This document shows positions 18,911-29,179 of a stretch of 64,000 nt of DNA, piece by piece. This DNA is from Streptosporangiales bacterium. GTDB lineage: Bacteria; Actinomycetota; Actinomycetes; Streptosporangiales; WHST01. Made by a program: the position numbers and the translations under genes. How positions within the stretch are numbered: the first letter of the stretch is position 1; every line of letters begins with the position of its first letter. The notes under the pieces were generated by a model that saw nothing but the letters and a program-made list of their open reading frames with translations, made no database searches and was not told the origin of the DNA. The stretch spans positions 92,683 to 156,682 of the forward strand of contig WHTA01000004.1 of the NCBI GenBank assembly GCA_009379825.1, given 5' to 3'.

Positions 18911-20262
18911 TGCTCGGTGTGGAACAGGTTGATGAACCAGGAGTACGGCGACGCGTAGTCGGGCCACCAGTAGAAGAGCAGGATGTCCTGCCTGTTCTTC
19001 AGGTCCGACGACTTCGCCTTCGCCCACTGTGTCGGCCACTGCAGGCCGCGCGTGGTGAGCTTGACGTTCAGCTTCGCCAGGTTCGACTTGATCAGCGACG
19101 CCGCGAGCTGCTCGTTGGAGTCGCCCTCGGTGTACGTGAGGCTCAGCTTCAGCTGCTTCTTGCCAGGTCCGTACCCGGCGGCGTTGAGCAGCTGCTTGGC
19201 CTTGGCCGTGTCGCGCTCGTACTGCGGCAGGCGGGGGTCGTGGCCGAGCAGGCCGTCGGGCACCACGCCGGGGGTGCGGGTGCCCGCGCCCTTCAGCGCG
19301 GCGAGGATGCCCTCGTAGTCGATGGCGTGCGCCATGCCCTGCCTGGCCCGCTTGTCGGCGAGCGGTCCGCTCTCCGTGTTGAACAGCGCGAACAGGTTCT
19401 GCCACGAGTTACGGGCCGGCCTGGTCACGGACTTGTCGTCCTTGAACGTCTTCCACAGGTGCGGGCTCATCTGCTGTACGAAGCTCACCTCGCCGGACCT
19501 GGCGAGCTGTGCCGCCGTGGTGTCCTGCGGCACCACCCGGTACACCACCCTGCTGTACCTGTTACCGCTCCAGCCGCCCCAGTACTTCCCGTACTTGTCC
19601 AGGGTGAGCTCGATCTCCTCGCCCTGCTCCCAGTCGCCGGCGGTGTACGGGCCGGTGCCCGCGTCGTTGCCCTTGTTGAACCACTTCTGCAGGTCGGCGT
19701 CGCCGGCCGCCTCGGTGTCGTAGATGTAGGCCGCGTAGTCGGCGGAGCTGATCAGGTCCATCGGTGCCGGGTACTTCAGCTCGAGCACCAGCCGGTCGGA
19801 CTCCGGTGCCTGCACCTCCTTTACCGCGTCCCAGATGTACGCGGCGCCCTTGCCGAGCTTCCTGGTGCGGTCGATGGCGCCCTTCGCGGCCTCGGCGGTC
19901 AGCTTGCGCCCGCTGTGGAACGTGACGTCGTCCCGCAGCGTGAACGTCCACGTGCGGCCGCCGTTGCTGCTGTCCCACTCGGTCGCCAGCAGTGGTTCGA
20001 CCTTCTCGGTCTCCGCGTCGTACCGGGTGAGCGTCTCGTAGACGTTGCTCATGGCGATGATCTCGTTGGAGTACGAGATCGCCGGGTCCCACTCGGTCAC
20101 CACCTGCGAGTACGTGTCGTAGGTGAAGGTGCGCTGCTTGCCGCCGGTGTCGCCTTCGTCGACCGGCGAGCCGGCGGGCTTGCCGGTGCAGCCGGTCGCC
20201 ATGGCGGCGGTCAGCGCCGCAGCGGCGACCGCTGCCACCAGTCTGGTGGAGATGGTCCGCAT
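18847..20262 (-). pseudogene. family-5 (peptide/nickel-type) solute-binding lipoprotein, 3'-truncated and fused out of frame to the permease remnant
   Basis: ORF track 18847..20262, with lipoprotein signal ..AAMATGCTG... SBP similarity ends at ..PYSWFINLFHTEQ (about 18911). The frame then crosses the permease tail out of frame to TGA 18847. Confidence 0.75.
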
Positions 20263-20295
20263 GGTGTCCTCCTTGTTCCGGCTCGGTCGCCGCGG

Positions 20296-21862
20296 CTAGC
20301 CGGTGCCGAGTGGGCCGGCCGCCTTCGCACGGATGCGGACGGCCGGGTCGGTGAGGTAGCTGAGGGGTATCTCTTCGAGGTCGACCAGCTCGACCGCTGT
20401 GGGGTCGGCGCCGGCCCTGATGGCCTGGTCCCTTGCGGTGGCGCGGGCGTCGTCGAGCGCCTCCGCGCGGGTGCGTTCACCGAGCGAGTACACCCGGTCC
20501 GCCTGGCCGCTCACCGAGCCGATCGCGGCACCGATGGCGTTGGCGACGTCGTGGTGGTCGGGTCGTACGACCTCCGTGACGCCCTCGATCTCGTCCGGTA
20601 CGAGCACGCCGCCGCCACCGACCACCACAAGCGGAAGCGCGCCGCGGGCCAGCTTGATCTGGTCGACGGCGTCGGCGACCCGGTCGTCGGCGAGGCGCAG
20701 CGCCTCCTTCAGCGCGACGTGCAGCCGCGCAGGGACGTCCCGCGTGCCGATGCGCGTCCGCTGCCCGAGCACGGCGGCGTCGGTCAGCGTCGCGGTGTCA
20801 CCGCCGAAGACGAGCGCCTCGTCGGGCAGCCGGTAGCCGACGCTGTCCGGTCCGACGACCGCGCTGCCGTCCTGCGTCCGTACCACGGTGCCGCCGCCGA
20901 TCGCGATGCTGACCAGGTCGGGCATCCGGAAGTTCGTGTCGATGCCACCGATGCTGACGCCGAGCGTCGACTCCCGCGGGAAGCCGTTCACGAGCACGCC
21001 CACGTCGGTGGAGGTGCCGCCGACGTCGGCGACGATCGCGTCGGTCAGGCCGGACAGGTACGCCGCTCCTCTGATGCTGTTCGCGGGGCCGCTGCCGATG
21101 GTGAGCACGGGGAAGTCGATGGCGTAGTCGAGGGTCATCAGCGTGCCGTCGTTCTGGGCGAAGAACACCACGGCGTTGCTGAGGCCGTTGTCACCGAGCG
21201 CCTTGCGGGTCGCGGACGCCACCCCCTGCGCCGTGCGCACGAGCGCCTCGTTGAGCGCCGTGGCGTTCTCCCGCTCGAGCAGGCCGATGCTGCCGATCTC
21301 GTGGCTGAGCGAGACGTGGATGTCGTGGCCGCGTTCCCTGCGGACGATCTCCGCGGCGGCGAGCTCGTGGTCGGCCGAGACCGGCGCGAAGACGGACGTC
21401 ACCGCGACACCGTGGGTGTCGTCAGGCAGCCCGCCGAGGAACCGGGCGAGCGCATCGGTGTCGAGCGGCGCCAGGTCGCGGCCGTCCAGCTCGGCACCGC
21501 CGTCGACGATGATCTCGCCCGCGGACACGGTGCGGCGCAGGTCCTCCGGCCAGCCGAACAGCGGCCGGATGGCATGCGTGGCCGGGCCGCCTACACGGAC
21601 CACGGCGGTGCGGCACAGGCCGCGCCGTTCGAGCACGGCGTTGGTCGCGTGGGGTGGTGCCGATCATCACGTGGGTGATGCGGTCGGCCGGCACGTCCGC
21701 CAGCGCGACGACCCGCTCGACGGCGGTCTCCACACCCGTCGTGACGTCCTGGCTGGTGGGCACCTTCGCCTTCGCGAGCAGGGTGTCGTCGGCGGCCAGC
21801 ACGACCGCGTCGGTGTTCGTGCCGCCGACGTCGACGCCGAGGCGGAGGTCGAGCACGCTCAT
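20296..21862 (-). pseudogene. hydantoinase/oxoprolinase-family protein (HyuA-like), frameshifted
   Basis: The N-terminal ~70 codons (ATG 21862, ..LGVDVGGTNTDAV..) lie in the 21422..22495 frame. The rest is ORF 20296..21636. The junction ..HVMIGTT|HATNAVLERRGL.. requires removing one G from GGGG 21651-21654. Confidence 0.8.
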
Positions 21863-22938
21863 CGGACGGCCTCCCGGTGCAGCTCCTCCACCGGCACGTA
21901 GTCGAGGTCGTAGTCGAAGGCGCGCGGGCCGGTGAGCGCGAGGCCGCGCTCGGTGCGCCAGACGGGATCGCAGCCGAACGCGATCACCGTGACCCGCTGA
22001 CCGTACCTGAGCAGCTCGGTGGGGATGGCGTCCGCGGTCTGTGTGTCGAGCACGGTGATCAGGTCGGGCACGCACGCCCGCAGCTGGCCGTCCTCCAGCG
22101 CTATCAGGTTCTCGTTCTGCAGCTCGAGGCGCAGCAGCCGCCCGCTGTCGCCGCGCAGCCCCTCGACGATGACCGAACCCCGGACGAACCCGCCGGTCGT
22201 ACGCCGGTCCACGTCGGTGATCTTGCCCTCGATCAGGCGGAAGCCGCGCACCTTGTCGAGCAGGCTGTCGACCGGGTCGCCGACGGCGTCCTCCAGCGCC
22301 CGGCCGATCTCCATCGCCAGCGTCACGGAACCGCGTACGACGCTGTGCCGCGCCTGGGCCACGGTCATCAGGTACTCGCTGGAGACCGCTCGACCGCCGA
22401 AGGCGACCGCGTTGGCGCGGCAGATCCGCTCCAGCCAGGCACCGTCGGTGGGCCAGGTGACGAGCGTGTTGCGGCGTTCGTCGACCATCAGGCACGGTGA
22501 CGGGTCGACGCCGGCGACCTCCATGGCTACCTGCGGCATCTCGGGGAACGCCCGGCCCATGCCGTCACCGTCCACAAGCGGCAGCCCGAGCTTGGCCGCC
22601 CACGCGATCGGTGAGCAGCCGTTCGAGCCGCCGATCTCGGACGGCATGACCGCGGCGACCTTCCGCCCGGTGGTCTTCTCCACGGCATCGCGCAACCACA
22701 CCCCCTCGTCGCCGTTGCTGATCTTCTCGATCGAGACCGTCGGCGCGCCGAGCATGCCGATCGGCATCACCATCTCGTCGTCGGGGAGGTCGTCCAGGTC
22801 CACCAACGGCACGGGGCCGTGGTCGGCGATCGCCTGGCGCGCGGCGAGCAGCCCGATCTTCGGCGCCCCACCGCCGCCGGTGCCCAAGATGGCGCAGCCT
22901 CTGGCGTGGGCGGGGAGCACCTCGTCGTCGATCAACAC
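21859..22938 (-). CDS. DUF917 family protein (hydantoinase-associated)
   Basis: GTG 22938 in ORF 21859..23100. Contains ..GCAILGTGGGGAP... ATGA overlap with the downstream hydantoinase-like gene. Start uncertain. Confidence 0.7.
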   Translation of the reverse strand: MLIDDEVLPAHARGCAILGTGGGGAPKIGLLAARQAIADHGPVPLVDLDDLPDDEMVMPIGMLGAPTVSIEKISNGDEGVWLRDAVEKTTGRKVAAVMPSEIGGSNGCSPIAWAAKLGLPLVDGDGMGRAFPEMPQVAMEVAGVDPSPCLMVDERRNTLVTWPTDGAWLERICRANAVAFGGRAVSSEYLMTVAQARHSVVRGSVTLAMEIGRALEDAVGDPVDSLLDKVRGFRLIEGKITDVDRRTTGGFVRGSVIVEGLRGDSGRLLRLELQNENLIALEDGQLRACVPDLITVLDTQTADAIPTELLRYGQRVTVIAFGCDPVWRTERGLALTGPRAFDYDLDYVPVEELHREAVR

Positions 22939-22973
22939 ACGAGGACCGTACGGCCACCGGGGTGCCTCGCTCC

Positions 22974-22988
22974 TGTGCCACTGGCACA
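22974..22988. promoter_or_regulatory. perfect 7-1-7 inverted repeat TGTGCCA-C-TGGCACA, candidate operator
   Basis: Lies in the ~86-bp divergent region between the DUF917 operon start and the PucR-type regulator start. Confidence 0.45.
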
Positions 22989-23024
22989 AGACTTTCGCCG
23001 CTCGCGGGCGGAGCGCACAATATC

Positions 23025-24545
23025 GTGGTGCGAACCTTTGCCGAGGTGCTCCACTTCCCCGGTCTCGCCGGCGTGACGGTGCTGGCCGGCGAGCCGGCAC
23101 GCGTACACCCGGCGGCCGTCGTCGTGGTCGAGCGGCTCGCCGACCTGCGCGCGCTCGCCGCCGGCAGCGTCGCGGTGCTGTCCGATCTCGCCACCGCCGA
23201 CGCGTGGGGCTACCGGCTGGACGTCGCCGTACGTGAGGTGGCCGCGGTCCGGGTCGCCGGCCTGGTGCTCACCGGTGCCCGGGCGCCCGCCCAGGTGCCC
23301 GCCACGGTCGCGGGCATGGCCGAGTGTGCGGGTGTCGTCGTGCTGCGCGCCGACCAGGAGCCGCTGGCCGACCTGGTGGTGTCGCTGTCCGCCGCGCTCG
23401 TCGGCGGGCCCGGGGAACAGCTGCGGGTCGTCGCGTCGGCGCACGCCGCACTTGCGGACCTGGAGCGGCGCGGGGCGGAGGACCCGCTGGCCGAGGCGAC
23501 CCGGGTCGCGTCCGACGCCCTCGGCCGGCCGGTGGCGCAGCAGTACGACGCCGGTACGCAGACCGCCGAGCAGGTCGCGGAAACGGTGGAGTGCGAGGGC
23601 GAGCCGACCCGCTGGCTGGTCGTGGACGCCGGTGCGGCCGACCAGGTCACCGCGCGGCTCGTGCTCACGCTCGCGGCAGGTGCGGCAGGTGCGGCAGGAC
23701 GGCTGCTCGCCGCCAACCGGCGCAGGGAGGACGTGCCGGTGCGCTCGCGCTCCGCGGTGCTCGGCGAGGTGCTCGTGGCCAGCGGCGAGCGGCTGTCGCG
23801 GCTGCTGGACACGGCGCGCGCCGTCGGGATGCCGATCGACGGCTGGCACGAGGTCGTCCGGATCGAGTTCGACGACGGTCGGGGACGTGCACTCGACGAG
23901 GTCAGCCGCTTCGCGCTGCTGGAGTCGGCCACCCGGCTGGCGTTGCAGGTCGCGCGGGCCAGTGGCCGCACCTGGAACGTGGCGCAGGCCGATGGCGCCG
24001 TCGTGCTGGTACGCACGAGCAGGTACGACCCGGGCACTGCCGGCACCCGCGACACCGCGGCGGTCGCCGACCGGGTGCTCGCCCGGCTGGCCGACCTCGC
24101 GCCCGGCGGCGCGCAGTGGTGCGGCATCGGCACCGCGCACGACGGCGCGACCGGCCTGCTCGCGAGCGCTGCGGAGGCACGGGCGGCAGTATCCAAGGGG
24201 CGTGCGCTCGGACGTGCCGGTCAGTCGGTCGTTTACGACCTCACCGGCCTCGGCCGGATGCTGGTCGACTGGTACGCGTCTGACTCCGCCCGCCAGGCCG
24301 TGCACGACCTGCTGCGCCCGCTCGAGGCGCTCGACCGGCACCGGGCGGAGGCGGCGATCGAGACGTTGCACGTCTACCTGGACGAGCGCGGCTCGACATC
24401 CCGCGCGGGCGAGCGGCTGCACTTGCACAGGAATGCGGTGACGTACCGGATCAAGTCGATCACCGACCTGCTCGGCGTGGACCTCGACGACGCCGACCAG
24501 CGGCTCGCACTCCAGCTGGCCTGCCGCGCCCGCCTATTCCGCTGA
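23025..24545 (+). CDS. PucR family transcriptional regulator
   Basis: ORF track 22962..24545, with a likely start at GTG 23025/23028. C-terminal PucR-type HTH ..LHLHRNAVTYRIKSITDLLG... Confidence 0.8.
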   Translation: MVRTFAEVLHFPGLAGVTVLAGEPARVHPAAVVVVERLADLRALAAGSVAVLSDLATADAWGYRLDVAVREVAAVRVAGLVLTGARAPAQVPATVAGMAECAGVVVLRADQEPLADLVVSLSAALVGGPGEQLRVVASAHAALADLERRGAEDPLAEATRVASDALGRPVAQQYDAGTQTAEQVAETVECEGEPTRWLVVDAGAADQVTARLVLTLAAGAAGAAGRLLAANRRREDVPVRSRSAVLGEVLVASGERLSRLLDTARAVGMPIDGWHEVVRIEFDDGRGRALDEVSRFALLESATRLALQVARASGRTWNVAQADGAVVLVRTSRYDPGTAGTRDTAAVADRVLARLADLAPGGAQWCGIGTAHDGATGLLASAAEARAAVSKGRALGRAGQSVVYDLTGLGRMLVDWYASDSARQAVHDLLRPLEALDRHRAEAAIETLHVYLDERGSTSRAGERLHLHRNAVTYRIKSITDLLGVDLDDADQRLALQLACRARLFR

Positions 24546-25277
24546 CCCGGGCAGCAGCCGGGCGCGCAACCCGGCGAGGGTCGCGGCCGTGACGCCCGCG
24601 TCGACGAGCCAGCCGGCCGCCCCTGCGTGGTGGTCGTCGACGTGGTCGAGCACGCCGGTGAGCGCACGCGGGTCGACGTCGAGCAGCACCGGGTTGTCGG
24701 GCAGCCGGGTGCCGGTACGGGTCAGCCGCGGCCACAGCAGCGGCAGCCGTTCCCGGGTGCGCACGTAGTCGGCGAGCACGTCCCCGCGGCGTACGCCGAC
24801 CGCGCGCAGCAGGATGCCCACGATGATCCCGGTGCGGTCCTTGCCGGCCACACAGTGCACGAGCGCGGGCCCTGGGCCGTCAGCGACCGCCGTGACGGCG
24901 TCGGCGATCTGCGCGGCGCAGCCGCGGACCAGGCCGAGGTACAGCGGTGCCAGGTCGTCGACGGGGCCGCGGCGCAGCTTCGCGTCCGGCGTCAGCGTCA
25001 GGCCGAGCGGGAAGTGGTGCACCCGGGCGCCGGCGCCGGCGAGCGGGTGTGCGTCGTCGGCCTCCTTGTGCGACCGCAGGTCGACCACCGTGCGAACCGG
25101 CCAGGACGCTACGTCCGCCGGTGCGGCGTCCCCCGGCTGCGGTGCCTCGCTGCGGTACAACACCCCGGCGGCGACGGTTCGGCCCTCGTCGGTACGCAGG
25201 CCTGCGACGTCACGCAGATTGACCGGAGTCGGCGGTGTGTCGGTGGCCGTCATGGGCTCCTCTCGGCTCTCCGTCAT
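24534..25277 (-). CDS. protein-tyrosine phosphatase family protein
   Basis: ORF track 24534..25277. CX5R P-loop HCVAGKDRTG. Alternative start at ATG 25253. Confidence 0.75.
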   Translation of the reverse strand: MTESREEPMTATDTPPTPVNLRDVAGLRTDEGRTVAAGVLYRSEAPQPGDAAPADVASWPVRTVVDLRSHKEADDAHPLAGAGARVHHFPLGLTLTPDAKLRRGPVDDLAPLYLGLVRGCAAQIADAVTAVADGPGPALVHCVAGKDRTGIIVGILLRAVGVRRGDVLADYVRTRERLPLLWPRLTRTGTRLPDNPVLLDVDPRALTGVLDHVDDHHAGAAGWLVDAGVTAATLAGLRARLLPGSAE

Positions 25278-26059
25278 TGTGGTGCCGACCGATCGGCACG
25301 ACGAGCGGGGTACCCGAGACGGGGTCGGCGAGGATCCGAGCGGGCATGCCGAACACGTCCGCGACCGTCTGCTCTGTGATGACGTCCGTGGGCTCGCCTT
25401 CGGCGACGATCCCGCCGTCCTTCATCGCGATCAGGTGGTCGGCGTAACGGGCCGCGAGGTTCAGGTCATGCAGCACGAGCACGATCGTGGTGGCGTCGCG
25501 TCAGGTCGGTCAGCAGGTCGAGCACCTCGACGCCGTGGCTGACGTCGAGGAACGTGGTCGGTTCGTCGAGCAGCAGCAGCTCGGTCTCCTGCGCGAGCGC
25601 CATGGCGATCCACACCCGCTGCCGCTGGCCACCGGAGAGCTCGTCCACCGAGCGCGCCGCCAGGTCGAGGGTGTCGGTGGCGACGAGGGCACGTGCGACG
25701 GCCTCGTCGTCGCCCGCGGTGCGGCCACGGAACCAGCCCTGGTGCGGGTACCTGCCGCGGCCGACCAGGTCGGCCACCCTGATGCCTTCGGGCGCGACCG
25801 GTGCCTGCGGCAGCAGGCCGAGCCGCGCGGCGACGGCCCTGCTCGACAGCGTGTGGATGTCCTTGCCGTCGAGGAGCACGGCACCCGACCTGGGTGCCAG
25901 CAACCGCGCGAGCCCGCGCAGCAGCGTGGACTTGCCGCAGGCGTTGGCACCGACGATCACCGTCAGCCGGCCGGCAGGGATCTGCACGGACAGCTCGCTG
26001 ACGACCTCGCGGCTGCCGTACGCCAGCGACAGGTCCTGCGTACCGATGCTGTGCTCCAT
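25210..26059 (-). pseudogene. iron-siderophore ABC transporter ATP-binding protein (FepC/FecE-like), frameshifted
   Basis: Pieces 25466..26074 and 25210..25482, starting at ATG 26059 after GGGAGG. Motifs [18 protein letters not shown] and [11 protein letters not shown] lie in the first frame. The H-loop VLHDLN lies in the second frame. The switch is at about 25495-25502. Confidence 0.8.
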
Positions 26060-26070
26060 GGTTTCCTCCC

Positions 26071-27125
26071 TCACCCGCCGCGGCCGACCCGGTTGGTGAC
26101 GCGAGCAGCCACAACAGGTACGGCGCGCCGACGATGGCCGTGACCACCCCGACCGGCAGCGGTACGGACGGGATGGCGTGCTGGGCGGCGAAGTCCGAGA
26201 CGGTCAGCAACAGCGCGCCGACGAGAGCCGCTGGCACCAGGCCGATGCCGTCGTTGCTGACCAGGCGGCGGGCGATGGGGCCGGCCACGAACGCCACGAA
26301 CGGCACCGGCCCGACGGCCGCCGTCGCCACCGCCGCGAGCGCGACCGCGACCGCGACGAGCACGATGCCGAGCCTGCTCCGGTTGACCGCGACCCCCAGC
26401 GCGCGTGCCTGCTCGTCGCCGAGCTGGAGCGCCGCAAGCCAGCGGCCGGCCAGCAGGGCGAGCGGCAGGAGCACCGCGACGCTGATGCCCAGCAGCCGCA
26501 CCGTCGGCCAGGTCTTCTCGTTCAGGCTCCCGGTCAGCCAGGCCAGCGCGTCCTGCGCTGCGTAGACGTCCGCCCTGGTGAGGCTGTACGAAACGATGCT
26601 CGTCATGACGGCCGCGAGCGCGATGCCGATGAGCACCATCCGGTAGCCGGTCACCCGGTCGCGCCAGGCCAGCAGGTACCCGGCCGCCGCGATGCCGAGC
26701 GCCCCGCCGAAAGCGGTCACCGAGACGGCGAACCCGGCCAGCCCGAACGACAGCATCGCGATCACCGCGGCTGCGCTCGCGCCCGCGGTGATGCCGACGA
26801 TGTCCGGGCTGGCCAGCGGGTTGCGTACGAGGGTCTGGAACAGCGCGCCCGACAGGCCGAACGCCGCACCGGCGAGCACGCCGACCACGGCACGCGGCAG
26901 CCGCAGCTGCTGGACGATGAACGTCGTGCCGCCGTCCCCGGCGCCGAACAGCGTGCGTACGACGTCGACCAGCGGGATGTCGACGTCGCCGATGGACAGC
27001 GAGACACAACCGGCGAGGAAGCAGGCACCCGCGAGCGCGAGAGCCACCGCGGTGACCCGTGCCCGCTGCCGCAGGCGCACCCGCACCACAACACCGCGCG
27101 GCGATCGGTCGACGTGGGTGGCCAT
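26071..27125 (-). pseudogene. FecCD-family siderophore ABC permease, frameshifted near the 3' end
   Basis: ATG 27125 (ATGA overlap) in the 784-aa ORF 25461..27815. After the conserved end ..[10 protein letters not shown] the frame reads through the ATPase gene. The neighbouring frame gives ..[13 protein letters not shown] at 26071, just before the ATPase RBS. Confidence 0.7.
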
Positions 27126-28192
27126 CACAGCTCCAGCAGCCGTCGACGGCGGATGAGCAGGATGAGGAACGGCGCCCCGACGAACGCCAGGACGATGCCG
27201 ACCTGCACCTCGCCAGGACGGGCCACCAGGCGCCCGAGGACGTCGGCGAGCAACAGCAGCAGCGGCGCGAGGACCGCCGAGTACGGCAGGATCCAGCGGT
27301 AGTCGGGTCCGGTGACGAGCCGCGCGGCGTGCGGCGCGACCAGCCCGACGAACGGGATCGGGCCGGCCAGCGCGGTGGCGGCGCCGCAGAGCACTACCGC
27401 GCTTGCCGCAACCACGCCGCGGGTGCGCCCCACCCGCTGGCCGAGGGCACGGGCGACGTCGTCGCCGAGCGAGAGCACGTTCAGCGCCCGTCCCGTGCAC
27501 AGCGCCACCACCAGGCCGACGACGAGGAACGGGGCGAGCCGCCCCACCAGCTCCAGCTTCCTGCCGGTCAGCGCGCCGACCGTCCAGAACCTGAACTGGT
27601 CGAACGTGGCCGCGTCGGTGAGCAGTACCGCCGTAGTGACCGAGGTCAGCGCCGCCGACACAGCGGCACCGGCGAGCGCGAGCTTGACCGGTGTGGCGCC
27701 GTCGCGGCCCAGCGAGCCGACCGCGTAGACGAGCAGCGCCACCAGGGCGGCGCCGGCGAACGCGAACCATACGTAACCGGACGCGTTGCCGATGCCGAGG
27801 AACCCGATCGCGCACACCACGGCGAGCGCCGCACCCGCGTTCACCCCCAGCAGTCCCGGGTCGCCGAGCGGGTTGCGCACCACGCCCTGCATCACGGCGC
27901 CCGCCACCCCGAGCGCCGCACCGACACCGAGGCCGGCGAGCATCCGGGGCAGCCGCGAGGTCAGGATCACCACGTGGTCGTCGTTGGCCGGGTCGTAGTG
28001 GACGAGCGCCTGCACCACGACGTCGATGCCGATCGACCGGCTGCCGAGGAACAGGCTCCCCAAGGCCGTCGCCAGCAGGGTGACGGCCAGGACGCCGAGG
28101 CCGAGGGCGAGCAACGGGCGGGAGACACGCGCCGCCGGCTGGGCTCCCCCCTCGGGGGCCCAGCCGACGGGACGCAGCGAGGTCGTGTTCAC
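27125..28192 (-). CDS. FecCD-family siderophore ABC permease
   Basis: ORF track 27125..28192. Intact, with the typical end ..FVGAPFLILLIRRR... Confidence 0.85.
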   Translation of the reverse strand: MNTTSLRPVGWAPEGGAQPAARVSRPLLALGLGVLAVTLLATALGSLFLGSRSIGIDVVVQALVHYDPANDDHVVILTSRLPRMLAGLGVGAALGVAGAVMQGVVRNPLGDPGLLGVNAGAALAVVCAIGFLGIGNASGYVWFAFAGAALVALLVYAVGSLGRDGATPVKLALAGAAVSAALTSVTTAVLLTDAATFDQFRFWTVGALTGRKLELVGRLAPFLVVGLVVALCTGRALNVLSLGDDVARALGQRVGRTRGVVAASAVVLCGAATALAGPIPFVGLVAPHAARLVTGPDYRWILPYSAVLAPLLLLLADVLGRLVARPGEVQVGIVLAFVGAPFLILLIRRRRLLEL

Positions 28193-28208
28193 GCCGACAC
28201 GGCCCGGG

Positions 28209-29179
28209 TCACGCCTTCGCGGTCTTCTCGAGGTACGGGCGCAGCTTCTGCAGCGCGTACGGAGTGGACAGCGGGGACGGCGTGTTGATCCCCACGATGG
28301 TCGCGTAGTCGAGCACGGCGACCGTGCCTGGCAGCTCGTCGAAGCCGGTGATGTCGTCCAGGTCGCTCCTGTCCCCGCCGTTGACGAGGAACGCCAGCAG
28401 GTCGCTGCGTAACAGGTCGGACCGCTCGGTGCTGACGCTGACCCGCGCGTCCCCGGTCTTCTTACCCTGGCGGACCACCGGTGGGTACAGCTACATGCCG
28501 AGCTGCTGGAACAGCGCGCTCGACCCGTCCTTCTCGTCGGCCACGATGTACATGGCGTCGCCGACGATGTACTGGGCGAGTGCGAACGTCTTGCCCTTCA
28601 GGCCGGGCAGGTCCTCCGCCGTGGCGTCGATCTTGCTCTCCACGGACTCCACGACCGACTCGGCCTGCTGCTCCTTGTCCAGCACCTGGCCGGCCACGTC
28701 GACGAGGTCCTGCCAGGGCGTCACCTGCTTCGCGTCCAGCGTCGCGGTGGTCGGTGCGATGTCCGAGAGCAGCCGGTACGTCTCCTTGTCGGCGATGCTG
28801 AACGTGCCGACGATCAGGTCCGGCTCAGCTTGGCGATCTGCTCCATCGGCAGGCCGTCGGCCGTGGACAGCGGCTTGGCGTCGGCCGGCAGGTCCTGCCA
28901 CGGCACACCGGACTTCGGCATCAGCGGGTCGACGGTGTGCCCGACCGGCTCGACGCCCATGGAGAGCATGACGTCGGTCCACGGCATGTCGACGGTGACC
29001 ACGCGCTTCGGCACCTCGTCCACCTTCGTGGTGCCGAACCGGTGCTCGACTTTCACCGGTTCGTCCAGCGGGGTGCCGGCGGAGTCCTGCTCTTGCGACC
29101 CGCACCCTGCGGCGCCGACGAGCAGGGCGAGACCGAGCAACGGCGCGAGCAGGCGGCGTACGAACTGTGGCGGCAACAT
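28209..29179 (-). pseudogene. siderophore-type periplasmic-binding lipoprotein, frameshift plus in-frame stop
   Basis: Three pieces: 28814..29179 (lipoprotein signal ..LVGAAGCGS..), the 28491..29105 frame, and 28209..28478. There is a frameshift near 28825 (..MEQIAKL|.PDLIVGTF..) and an in-frame TAG at 28491-28493 (..FQQLGM*LYPPVVRQGKK..). Confidence 0.8.

Noticed and set aside
18910-21678. 922-aa + strand ORF, and many similar long ORFs (for example 282..2171 upstream part, 166..1077, 10132..12216, 13332..15206, 14776..17250, 44202..45302, 49515..50867, 58506..60191).
   Set aside because: They run antisense or out of frame to genes with clear family motifs. They are Arg/Ala/Gly/Pro-rich low-complexity translations, typical of stop-poor alternative frames in very GC-rich DNA. 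They also lack RBS/start context.
25461-27815. 784-aa ORF that would fuse a FecCD permease to ~200 extra residues.
   Set aside because: Only the segment 27125..~26100 is permease-like. The upstream part is an alternative frame of the neighbouring permease gene. The downstream part is read-through across the ATPase gene in the wrong frame after a probable 1-nt deletion.
28491-28493. The in-frame TAG as pyrrolysine or programmed read-through.
   Set aside because: No pyl genes or PYLIS-like context are visible. The host looks actinobacterial. The same gene also carries a frameshift, so simple inactivation or error is more parsimonious.
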